DNA of 64,000 nt from a virus. The first letter of the stretch is position 1; each line of letters opens with the position of its first letter. The stretch is taken from positions 1 to 64,000 of IMG/VR virus record IMGVR_UViG_3300007512_000012. The stretch is one strand, 5' to 3'. The position numbers and the translations under genes are program-made. Under the pieces are notes generated by a model. It was given only the letters and a program-made list of their open reading frames with translations, was not told where the DNA came from and made no database searches. This document shows positions 1 through 9,600 of the stretch, piece after piece.

Positions 1-1
1 C

Positions 2-3000
2 CGACGCGATGCGGATGTCGCCGGTCTTCGAGTCGTACTCCGCAGCACCGGCAGCCAGGTTGGCTGCCGTCCGCAGCGTCTCGGCCAGCGTGACCTGGCT
101 GGACTCGGCGTCCACGAGCAGGGTCGAGTTGAACTTCAGCTCGCCCTTGGGGTGCAGCACCCCGCTGCCGTCCGTCCAGGGGGCCGTCAGGTACTCGACA
201 TCCGCCGGGTCGTTCGAGAAGGCCGCCACGGCCAGCAGGTCGGTGCCCTGCACCTTCCGGTCGGTGCCCACCAGGATGTCGAAGGCCGCCTCGTCCACAT
301 GCGTCGTGGCGGGCAGGACGAGCTGCCCGTTGGTGATGACCCCGATCTCGGTCAGGGCGAGGGGCGTGAGCGTCGCCACCACGCCCGCCGCCGGGTGGAC
401 CGGGCCGAAGCGGAGGGAGAGCGGACGGCCGGAGGCGTTGGCGTCCTCGACGTTGCCGTTGAAGTCCACGGTGGCGGGGGCGATGAGGCCGAGCGGGCAG
501 AGCACCCGGATCTTGAAGGGCTCCTCCTCCAGGTGGTTGAACGGCTTGAACACCTGGTCGGCGACGATGGCCGGGTCGTAGACGCTGTCGGGGAAGCCCG
601 AGAAGGCCTCCCACGGGATCGCCCTGTCCGCGTCGGCGACGAACGGGGGCTGGACCTCGCAGTGAGTCGGATCGGTCACCGACTGGACGACGTAGAAGCC
701 CGCCGCGTCGCCCGAGGTCAGGGAGATGAGGGTCCCCGGAACGAGGGTCGCCTGGAAGTCCGCGTCCGGGTCCTCGAACGTCGTGCCGCCCTGCACGAAG
801 GAGCCCCGCCCGCCGAGGTCCACCCGTGCGCCGTAGCGCGTGATGAGCTGCGTCGTGCCGGAACCGCCATCGTCGGTGAACAGGTAGTCCACCCCCTGCC
901 GCTGCGCGACGTACCGGCCGCCGTCCTCGGCCGCAACGAGGGTGCCGTCGATGCCGGGGGCTCCGAGCAGGGACTCCGGCACCACGACGGGGTTGCCGAG
1001 GTTGATGACGGAGGTTCGCTGCTGGACCGGGTTCGACGAGATCGACTCCGCCAGCCAGGCGAACTTCCCCTGGTCGAAGCGGTGATGGACCTCGTCGAAG
1101 TGCCCGAGCCGCTTGTCGATGATGCGCAGGTCGTCGCCCTGGATCGCGACCGTCTGGAGGTTGAAGAACACCCCCTCGTCAAAGCCCGCGATGTCCTCGA
1201 CCGGCGGGAAGTCGAAGAAGGTGAAGGGGGTCCCCTGCACCGACTCCGTCAGCACCACGTCCTCGTGCCGCTGCTGCGCGTAGAAGTCCGAGTCCGGCTT
1301 GCTCCGGTCCAGGTTGAGCAGGCTGCGGGAGAGCCCCATCGAGACGCCTGCGTCCGTCAGCCAGTTGGCCTGGCCGCCGTCCACCTTCCAGCCGGGCAAG
1401 AACCCGAGGGCCGCCGCCCCGCTGATGTCCTTCGGGTCGCCCCAGCCGATCTCGACGGTCCCGGTCGCCAGGTTGTCCGCTTCGAGGACCACCCGGTCAC
1501 CGGCAGCTCGGCAGTTGCCCGCCCCGATGATGACCGCGTTGATGTCGGCCGCGACCTCATCCGCCGTGAAGAACTCGTTGAGCGGCAGGGCGGCCAGCAG
1601 GGTGCTGCTCGACCAGGTGTAGGCCGTCCCGTCGATGGCGAAGTAGAGCGTCTCGGTCCCGTCGAAGCGGAAGACGATGCGGCTCTTCGAGTAGATGGCC
1701 GCCTGGTCGGTGTACGAGGCCGGGTTGAAGGACGCCTGGAGGAAGTACACCGGGTCGGTGCCGAAGTTCTTGATCGCCTTGGCCCCGAGCTGCACCAGGG
1801 AGTGCAGCGTGCCGCCGATGTTCGTGCCCTCGCGGGCGATGTACGCCTCGTCCTCCGTGATGTCGAACTGCAAGGCGGGGACTTCGCTGTTGCGGGCCAC
1901 CACCACCAGGCTCTCGACCGCCCCGTTCTTCGAGAACAGGATGGTGTCACCGATGCCGTCTTCGATCTGGCGGATGAGGCCCAAGGTCTGCGGGGGACCA
2001 GCCAGCGTGTCGCCACCAGGCCGCACCGAGACCATGCTGTCGAGCGGAACCACCCCCTCGGGCGTCGGCACGGCACCCGTGCCGTCCGGCACCGAGAGCA
2101 CGCCGGAGAGCCCGAGCCCCCGGAACGCCGCGTCGCCCACGGCCAGGTCTTCCGGCCAGGGCAGCGAAGGCGGGAGGTACATCCGGCCGGTCGGGTGCAG
2201 GTCGGTGGTCACCCCGTCCACCTGCACGAGGGCCTGCGGGCCTCGAACCGGCTGCGGGATGGCGTTGAGGGCGACGCCGTCGTAGACGATGCGAGCCCCG
2301 AGGAAGTGCTTGCTGAACGTGGCGAGCTTCTCGGGGTCGGCCTTGTTCAGGTCGGCCTGCGCGAGCTTCACCCGCCCCGTCGTCAACGCCACGGCGCAAG
2401 AACCCTCGACCGGGTCGAGAGCGGCCAGCGTCGCCTCATCCGCTGCGAGGGTGACGGCCAGGGGCGTCCGGTTGTTGATGCGGATGAAGGGCCGGTCGGT
2501 CGGGCCGGGCACCGGGGCGATGAAGAGGTCCTCGTCGAGGATGCCCCCGGCCAGGCCGTCCGCGTCGGCCGAGAAGCCCTGGTAGACGTACCAGAGGGTC
2601 TTGCCCGCGTGCCTCTCGATGAACGCCGGGTTGAACTGGAGGACCCCGCTGGTCTGCCCGACCACCCCTGCGAGGGTGGACCCGGAGAAGTCGTAGGTCT
2701 CCTCCACCGCCGCATCCGAGACGACGCTGACCCCGGTGAACCCGTCCGGGTCGTTGAGGCCCACAGGGGCGCTCGTAGCGCCCGGAGACGTGCCGAGGCG
2801 GAGCATGGCGTACTGGTCGCCGACCGACCCGTCTCCGGGCAGCACAGAGCCCACAGGGAGGTTCGAGAGCGGGGGCGAGAGGGTGTACCGCTCGTCGAAC
2901 ACCAGGCTGCCGAGGTTGACCGGCCCGGAGCCCCTGTAGGGAGCCCATCGCTGGAGCGCGTTGTCCCACCCGAACCGCGTCTCGTAGCGGTCGTTGCGGG

Positions 3001-3697
3001 TCCACCAGAACTTCTGCGCCCCGAGCGTGTACCGGACCGACACCACCCGGTCGCCCCGGTCGAGCGAGATCCCGCCGCCGAAGGTCGCTGCCAGAGCCGT
3101 CTGCACCAGCGATGTCGCGGTCGGGATGTAGACGTTGGCGTCGGTGAGGGTGACCACCCCGGAGAGGGCGTCCTGGTCCGTCGCCAGCGGCTTGACGACG
3201 TAGTACGGGTCGGAGCCCTGGCGGCCCAGGTCCGGGTTGTCCGCGTTCGACCACCCGGCGTCGTCGTGCGCCTGGTCGCCACGAGAGATGACGATGTGGG
3301 TGATGACCCCGAGGACCCGCCCACCGTCGTCGGTGATGATGGTCTTGAGCGTGCCGTCCTCGGACGTGCCTGCACCGTTGGGCACGGTGATGCTGCCGAC
3401 CGGGATGCGGCCGGAGCCGTCCTCGACCCACCAGGTCGCGTCTTCCCGCATGGCGAGCTGCGACGAGAAGGCGGCCCACACCAGGTACTCGTGCGGGGAG
3501 GAGCCGGGGGCCTGAAGGACGGCAGCCCGGTACTGGTCGCCCGCGTAGTCCACGATGTCCGGCTGGGCGGCCGACCTGGTGTTGGGCGGCAAGCGCACGT
3601 CCCGCACCACCCCGTTGTCGGGATCACCCGTGGTGGCGATGTTCCCCGGCGCGATGCGGGGAGCACGAAGGACGTGACCGGAGAAGTCGAGGCTCAT
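2..3697 (-). CDS. Very large virion structural protein (baseplate wedge/tail-fibre class), partial, >1230 aa, runs off the left edge
   Basis: Absent from the ORF track because it has no stop in the window. Manual translation from ATG at 3697 (MSLDFSGHVLRAPRIAPGN...) stays open to position 2 with strong GC3 bias. It is G/T/V/D-rich with a beta-sandwich-like composition and lies directly downstream of the spike genes. Confidence 0.8.
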   Translation of the reverse strand, partial: MSLDFSGHVLRAPRIAPGNIATTGDPDNGVVRDVRLPPNTRSAAQPDIVDYAGDQYRAAVLQAPGSSPHEYLVWAAFSSQLAMREDATWWVEDGSGRIPVGSITVPNGAGTSEDGTLKTIITDDGGRVLGVITHIVISRGDQAHDDAGWSNADNPDLGRQGSDPYYVVKPLATDQDALSGVVTLTDANVYIPTATSLVQTALAATFGGGISLDRGDRVVSVRYTLGAQKFWWTRNDRYETRFGWDNALQRWAPYRGSGPVNLGSLVFDERYTLSPPLSNLPVGSVLPGDGSVGDQYAMLRLGTSPGATSAPVGLNDPDGFTGVSVVSDAAVEETYDFSGSTLAGVVGQTSGVLQFNPAFIERHAGKTLWYVYQGFSADADGLAGGILDEDLFIAPVPGPTDRPFIRINNRTPLAVTLAADEATLAALDPVEGSCAVALTTGRVKLAQADLNKADPEKLATFSKHFLGARIVYDGVALNAIPQPVRGPQALVQVDGVTTDLHPTGRMYLPPSLPWPEDLAVGDAAFRGLGLSGVLSVPDGTGAVPTPEGVVPLDSMVSVRPGGDTLAGPPQTLGLIRQIEDGIGDTILFSKNGAVESLVVVARNSEVPALQFDITEDEAYIAREGTNIGGTLHSLVQLGAKAIKNFGTDPVYFLQASFNPASYTDQAAIYSKSRIVFRFDGTETLYFAIDGTAYTWSSSTLLAALPLNEFFTADEVAADINAVIIGAGNCRAAGDRVVLEADNLATGTVEIGWGDPKDISGAAALGFLPGWKVDGGQANWLTDAGVSMGLSRSLLNLDRSKPDSDFYAQQRHEDVVLTESVQGTPFTFFDFPPVEDIAGFDEGVFFNLQTVAIQGDDLRIIDKRLGHFDEVHHRFDQGKFAWLAESISSNPVQQRTSVINLGNPVVVPESLLGAPGIDGTLVAAEDGGRYVAQRQGVDYLFTDDGGSGTTQLITRYGARVDLGGRGSFVQGGTTFEDPDADFQATLVPGTLISLTSGDAAGFYVVQSVTDPTHCEVQPPFVADADRAIPWEAFSGFPDSVYDPAIVADQVFKPFNHLEEEPFKIRVLCPLGLIAPATVDFNGNVEDANASGRPLSLRFGPVHPAAGVVATLTPLALTEIGVITNGQLVLPATTHVDEAAFDILVGTDRKVQGTDLLAVAAFSNDPADVEYLTAPWTDGSGVLHPKGELKFNSTLLVDAESSQVTLAETLRTAANLAAGAAEYDSKTGDIRIAS

Positions 3698-3700
3698 GCG

Positions 3701-4279
3701 CTACACCAACACCGACGTTGAAGTGCCCGAGGCTGCGGCCGGGCTGACAGACCCGACCACAGTACCCGCGCCTGTTGCCGTCAAGAGGAGCAAGGAGATT
3801 CCGGCCGCCAGGCCCTTCGCCATCTGCGGAGCTGCCGGTCCCGGCCCGAGCTGCGCCAGGATGAGCCCCGTCAAGGACGCCTGATCGGCTCGAACCACTT
3901 TCGACACGTCGGCCCCCACACCGACACCCACCGACGCCCCTGCGTACTGCCCGAACTTCGAGATCGCAGAAGCAAGCGCCAGGGAGACGACCGTGGAGAG
4001 CGAGAGGCTCAACGGCCCCACCATCCCGGCGGAGGCCATGCCGCCGATGAACAGCGGGGCGTTCGGGGTCAGAATCACCCTCGTCAAGGGGACGGCCATC
4101 GTGCCTGCCCCTGCCGTCCCGGCCGTGACCCCCTGAAGCTGCACGGTCGGCCCCCACGTCCCCATCGCCTTCGCGATGGCCCACGCCAGCTTGTCGAAGG
4201 CCGTACCCCCGAAGGGGAACGCCCCGGCGGCCCGGAAGGCAGCCAGCTCGGCGTAGTAGATGGCGGGGGTCAGGGCCAT
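3701..4279 (-). CDS. 192-aa Gly/Ala-rich baseplate-associated protein
   Basis: True start is ATG 4279 (MALTPAIYYAEL...), overlapping the TGA of the upstream spike gene (TGATG). It is the C-terminal part of track ORF 3701..6841. Confidence 0.75.
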   Translation of the reverse strand: MALTPAIYYAELAAFRAAGAFPFGGTAFDKLAWAIAKAMGTWGPTVQLQGVTAGTAGAGTMAVPLTRVILTPNAPLFIGGMASAGMVGPLSLSLSTVVSLALASAISKFGQYAGASVGVGVGADVSKVVRADQASLTGLILAQLGPGPAAPQMAKGLAAGISLLLLTATGAGTVVGSVSPAAASGTSTSVLV

Positions 4280-6693
4280 CAGAGCGCCACGAAGTTCTTG
4301 TGACCGAGCCCCCATGTCGCGAAGGGCAGGTTGGTGAAAGGCTCGCGAGAACCCGAGCACATGACCGGGCCGACATCGGGCAACTGGCCCTGTGCCTGAA
4401 CGAGGACGAAGCTGCCGGACTTGATGTGGACCGGCCCCTGCGACTCGACCAGGGCGATGACGGAGCCCTTCATGATCGCGGCTCCGGCCGTGGCGTTGAG
4501 CTTCACGTTGCCGGTCAGGGCGTCCCCGGTGATGCCGCCTGCGCTGATCTCCAGCGTGTTCTGGAGCGCACGGGCCTTCCAGGTGCCCAACTCCGTCTCG
4601 TAGCTCATGTCCCCGATGAGCACGCTGGTCGAGTGGCTGCCGAGCTGGAACGTCTCCTCCCGGTCGCCCATCTCGTAGGTGACCTCCTCGGCCACCAGGC
4701 CGGGGAAGTTCGGGGTGTAGCTCCGCTCGTGCAGAGGGGCGTTCGTCGGGAGCAGGCCCTTCGGCCCGGTGAAGTTGTCCGTCCGCTTGCCGCTGACCGA
4801 GAACTTCACGTCCTCCGCCGAGGCGGTGAGCTGCTTGCTGGTCGTCAGCTCGATCAGGTCGTGGCCGCGCACCGTGGCCGCCTTGCCGTTGACCTCGACC
4901 TCCTGGCCCTTGAGCAGCAGCTTCTTCTCGGCCCGGAACCGCCCGTTCGTCCGGGCGTGGATGTCCACGCTCGGCACGGTCTGCGCCTCGCCTCCTCCGG
5001 TGCCGAGCAGGCGCTCCATCGTCGCCTCCTCGTCGCGGATGGAGCCGCCGCCGTAGATGACCACCGGCCCCTGCTCGCTGCGCAGGCGGAGGCTGTTCTT
5101 CGAGAGGGTGCCGAAGTGGATGCCGCCCTTGAGCAGCAGCTCCAGCCCACCACCCACCGCCAGGCGCATCCCGCCCGCGATGGCCGCGTCCACGCTGTAG
5201 CCGTTGAGCGGCCCGGAGATGTTGATGCGGGCCTGGCCCTGCTTGTTCACCGACCACCAGGTCGGGGCGAGCGTCCCGTCGATGGGGGTCATGCGGAACA
5301 GCGACGCCGCGTGCTCGCGCAGAGGGGTGCCCCCGGACTGGCCCGGAGGAGCGATGCGGGCAGCCTCGATGCCGGGGGACAGGCCGCCCGTGTGGTCGAA
5401 GATGCGGGTGACCAGCGGGAGCCCGTACTCCTTGCGGCCCTGTGCGGAGAAGGGGTCGTTGCCGACCACCGACCCGACCACCCACTCGATGTAGGGCCGG
5501 TTCGGCGAGGTGCCTGGTGTCTGCGGGTCCGAGGGCGGCAGCCGCTCGGAGTCGAACCCATCCGTCTGCTCGGTGACCGGGAGGAGACCGTCCGAGGTGT
5601 GGGCCAGCTCGATGCGGTGCTCGGTCAGGGAGCGAGCACCTGGCAGCAGGGCGGTGTTGTCGAGCGTCTCCCCACCGATCCGGTAGATGTTCTTGCCGCC
5701 GTAGACCGCGTCGTTCGTCGGGGTGCCGGAGACGGCGACCCCGTCCTCGTCGATGTAGCCGCCGTTGCGGAGGAAGACGTAGGGGTCCAGGTACTTCGGG
5801 TAGGTGAGGACCGACCCTTCCAGGCCGATGAACCGCAAGCGGGTCAGCATCGGGTCCGGGGTGATGGCTCCTTCGGGGTACGTGCTGCTCTCGGGCAGGT
5901 CCAGCTCGTGGAGGCCCTGCCCGCCGATGGCCTGCACCAGGCCGTCCCACACGAACCCATCGCTGAACATCGTCGTGGGCAGGCGGGTGGCGTCCCGCTG
6001 GACCATGCCCGAGTAGACCCGGCTGCCCGCCAGGGCCGTGAACTGCTGGAGCGCCCGAACCAGGAACGCCTGGTCCGCGTCGCGGAGCATGATCTGGTTG
6101 CCCCGGCGGTTCGAGAGGAGCACGTCCTCGTCGAGCACCATGTCGGAGCCCTGCGAGCTGCTCGCGACGATGTTGCCCGGCTGCATGTGCCGGAGCTTGT
6201 GCCGGATGCGGTCGAAGATGCCCCGCAGCTCCTCCTTGTCGCGGCTCGTGCCTCCGTCGTGCTCGTCCTCGGTGAAGTTCGACATCACCAGCCAGTCGCG
6301 GCCAGGCCAGACGCCGGGGACGATCCAGTTGAGGATGACGGGGGAGGCCGAGCCTCCGAACTTCTCGGAGGACTCCTGCGGGAGCCAGCCGACCACGCAG
6401 TAGTCGCCGACCTCGGGCATCGCCCCGAAGAAGTGGCGGCAGCCAGCCCCAGGGAAGGTCAGCGGGACGGGGACCTTCTCGAAGTCCTGCTCGGTGCCGA
6501 CCACCGTGCGCAGGGTGACGTACTGCTCCTCGTAGTCGATGCCGATGACGCGGGCCACGCCGAGTCCGAGGTTGCCCCCCTTGTCGGGGTTCATCTCGTC
6601 GAGCTTCTTCTTCTTGACGAAGGTCTGCTGGACCAGCTCGCCACGATGGACGCGCCCGAGGGTGTTCCACGCTCGTCCGAGTTCGTCGGCCAT
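4279..6693 (-). CDS. Baseplate central spike protein (T4 gp5/gpV/VgrG-like OB fold plus beta-helix)
   Basis: The N-terminal GVARVIGID...FFGAMPEVGDYCVVGW pattern is typical of the gp5/gpV OB fold. The C-terminus has repetitive beta-strand segments. It follows the hub gene. Confidence 0.75.
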   Translation of the reverse strand: MADELGRAWNTLGRVHRGELVQQTFVKKKKLDEMNPDKGGNLGLGVARVIGIDYEEQYVTLRTVVGTEQDFEKVPVPLTFPGAGCRHFFGAMPEVGDYCVVGWLPQESSEKFGGSASPVILNWIVPGVWPGRDWLVMSNFTEDEHDGGTSRDKEELRGIFDRIRHKLRHMQPGNIVASSSQGSDMVLDEDVLLSNRRGNQIMLRDADQAFLVRALQQFTALAGSRVYSGMVQRDATRLPTTMFSDGFVWDGLVQAIGGQGLHELDLPESSTYPEGAITPDPMLTRLRFIGLEGSVLTYPKYLDPYVFLRNGGYIDEDGVAVSGTPTNDAVYGGKNIYRIGGETLDNTALLPGARSLTEHRIELAHTSDGLLPVTEQTDGFDSERLPPSDPQTPGTSPNRPYIEWVVGSVVGNDPFSAQGRKEYGLPLVTRIFDHTGGLSPGIEAARIAPPGQSGGTPLREHAASLFRMTPIDGTLAPTWWSVNKQGQARINISGPLNGYSVDAAIAGGMRLAVGGGLELLLKGGIHFGTLSKNSLRLRSEQGPVVIYGGGSIRDEEATMERLLGTGGGEAQTVPSVDIHARTNGRFRAEKKLLLKGQEVEVNGKAATVRGHDLIELTTSKQLTASAEDVKFSVSGKRTDNFTGPKGLLPTNAPLHERSYTPNFPGLVAEEVTYEMGDREETFQLGSHSTSVLIGDMSYETELGTWKARALQNTLEISAGGITGDALTGNVKLNATAGAAIMKGSVIALVESQGPVHIKSGSFVLVQAQGQLPDVGPVMCSGSREPFTNLPFATWGLGHKNFVAL

Positions 6694-9600
6694 CAGGAGT
6701 CCTCCCCGGTGATTGCGTCAGCGAAGGCCGCCAGGTTGGACTGCTCTCCATCGACCCCGATGAAGTTCTCCCTCGCCTCCCTGACCGCATCCTGCACGGA
6801 CTCGATGGCCTCGCTGGTCTGGCGGACGATGTGCGAGCCACCCCGGTCGAGCACCTGACCTCGAAGCGCCTGCTGCTGCACCCGCCACGAGTCGGCCGCC
6901 GCCGCAGCGTTCATCGCCACCCACCTCGTGCCCGCGTCGGCCGGGTCGGTGCCGAGGCCCTCGTGATGGGGCGTGCCCGACTGCGAGAAGGAGAGGAACT
7001 GCTCGTGCCCGTAGGCGGAGAGCAGCACGTCGGCCTCCGCCGCCTTGCAGTCGCAGATGTGCCCGCTCTGCTGGACGTTCATGTCGGCCAGCGAGTAGGC
7101 CGCGTTGATGACCGGGATCTTCTGGACGCCGTCGAGCTTGTTCTCCGAGAAGATGTTCGCCAGCGAGAACTGAAGCTGGTTCGGGTCGTCCGTCGTGAGC
7201 AGGAAGCCGTAGTCGAGGATCTGCTTGTCGGTCAGGCCGCGTGCCCGGAGCTGCGCGATCAGCTCGTCGTTGAGGTAGCGAGCCGTGTCGCCTCGGGGCT
7301 GCACGCCGACCTCGGCACCCTCCACCGGGCGGGTCACGGTCTTGCCGCCGACCACCACCGTCTCCATCGGAGGAGTCCTGATCTTCCGGTTCTGCACGAA
7401 GAACTGGAGGATCTGCTCGACGAGCTTCTTGTCGAGCAGGCTGAAGATGTCGGACTTGTGGAGCTGGTCGAAGACCCCGTCCGGCTCGATGCTCACGTCC
7501 CGGCCGTAGCGGTAGGTCCCGATGACCTCGTAGCCCCGCGCATCCGACACGGGGAACACCGGGCTGAAGGTCGTCTCCACCTTGCGGGCGTTGCGCTTGC
7601 CCTTGCGGCGGTTGCTCGCCGCGACCGTCGTGTTGAGGCTGCCCGCCAGAGCGTTGTTGAACGCCCCGAGGATCGCGTCCAGCTCGGTCCCCCTCTTGCC
7701 GCCCGACTTCACCACCGCCTTCGCGGCCGTCCTGCGGACCTGCTCGACCTGGCGGTAGAAGCTCGACCCGAGGCTCTTCGCCGCCACCTTCACCACGTCG
7801 GCGTAGGTGCCTCCGGCCAGGCCCGCACCGATGTCGATGGTCGCACTGGCCGCCGGGCTCTCCTTGCACTTGAGCAGGGCGAGCACCGTCGTCCCCGCGA
7901 CCTTCGTGGTCCCGATGGTCACGCTGGCCGGGAACGCCGGAGCACTCACCGCCCCGATGGACCTGTTCGTCTCGTCCGCCTTGGCCTTCATCGCGATGAT
8001 GGCCTCCGCGACCTTGACCCCCTCGGTGCTCCAGGCCGTCCCGAAGTACCCCTCGATGGTGTCCGAACCCTGTGGCGGGTTGGGGAGGTTCGCGAAAGCC
8101 CCGGAGAGCTTCGCCTTCGCCCCCTTGCCGAGCGAGCCGATGTTCGTCGTCGCGAAGTTCGTCGTGACGCTCTTGACGATGGTGACCGGCTGCACGCTGA
8201 ACATGAGTTCGAGGATCGCGCTCGTCGGGTAGGACCGACCGAACTTCTGGCCGCTGCTGTCCAGCACCTTGATCCCGACCTCCGGCTGCCCATCGACCAG
8301 CTCGGCCTCGGGGACGATGGCCCCGCTGAACGGGGCGTTCGGCGTCCGCGTGAACATCTTGATGGTCGGCCGGTCGCCGTCGATGGAGGCCGGGGCGGCC
8401 TCCTCCGTCCGCTTCTTGTTGTCCCCGACGTAGCTGACCACCTTCGGTCCCTGCTCGGCGGGGTCCGGGTGGGAGGCGGAGTAGTAGCGGTAGTTGCCCG
8501 GCTGCGAGCCGTTGCTGAAGGTCGCCTTCTTGTCCGAGAGCATGTCGAGCAGGTTGATGGTGCTCGACAGGTCGCCTCGACCCTGGAACTCCGCCGAGTT
8601 CCTGAAGCTCGCACCCACCCGGTCGCGCATCTCCAGCAGGAAGGCCACGCCCCCGGCCTGCGCGTTGTTGGGGTCCCGCCAGCTCGCCTCCAGGGCCTTG
8701 CGCTCCTGGTTGACCTGGTCGGACTTCTGCCGGAACTGCTTCTCCAGCGCGAGGATGTCCTCGTCGAGCTTCTCGATCTTCGTGATCGTGGCGGGCTTGC
8801 TGCGGTCCTTGCCGTTCGCCAGGTCGGACTTGCGGGCCTGCTTGTCGAGGATCTTGCCCTGGAGGTTGTCGAGGTCCTCCTGTGCGTCCTCCTTGCTCTT
8901 CGACGCCTTGCGGATGAGCCGCTCGTACTCGATGGCCTCGGCCACGATGTTGACGGTGGTGGCCCCCTGCTGCTGGTCAGACGGGACCGACGACGTACCC
9001 GTCAGGTCGTCCTCTTGGAAGTAGAACTGGACGGTGACGGGCTTCGCCTGGTCGCCTCGACCCACCGGCTTCGTCATCACGTAGACCAGGCCGCCGTTCT
9101 CCAGCTCCTTCGGGGCCTGGAGCACCTTCAAGTCCTGGCCCATCTTCAGCAGGGCCTTGATGACCCGCACGTCGCTCATGTCGTCGAGGTCGTTGCCGAC
9201 GACGAAGAACAGCGGGTTGATGGCCGTGGGGTCCAGGGCCATGACGACGTTGGGGAACCCGGAGAGACGAGGCTTGCCGTCCGGGTCGATCACCTGCAAG
9301 GGCCGCTGCGGCAGCACGGTGTCGCCGAGCTTGATGTCGTCGATGCCCCCACGCGAGCCCCCCACCGGCCGGTTGCCTGGGGCGTAGAACTTCGCCCGCT
9401 TGCCGACCAGGGTGAGCGAGGTCGTACACTGGCCGCCGACCGCGTGGGCGTGGGCGAAGCTGTTGCAGTAGTAGTAGGCGTCCAGATACGGGATGTAGAC
9501 CGGGAAGCCGGGTCGCAGCTCGGGCCGTACCGGGATGGTCACCTGGCAGGCGTTGATCCCGATGTTCATCACGTCCATCCGGTTGACGGCCGAGAAGAAC

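Noticed and set aside
152-3721. 1189-aa plus-strand ORF, and similar long ORFs 4300..6858, 6831..10370, 16645..19440, 29584..35019, 48666..52187, 56310..58490 and 61253..63808
   Set aside because: Antisense shadows of GC3-biased minus-strand genes. They have R/G/V/H-rich unnatural composition and no recognisable motifs.
3701-6841. 1046-aa ORF as a single gene (likewise 47899..50946, 23965..24933 and 25911..27419)
   Set aside because: Only the 3' parts are real genes. The N-terminal extensions are alternative frames overlapping neighbouring genes.
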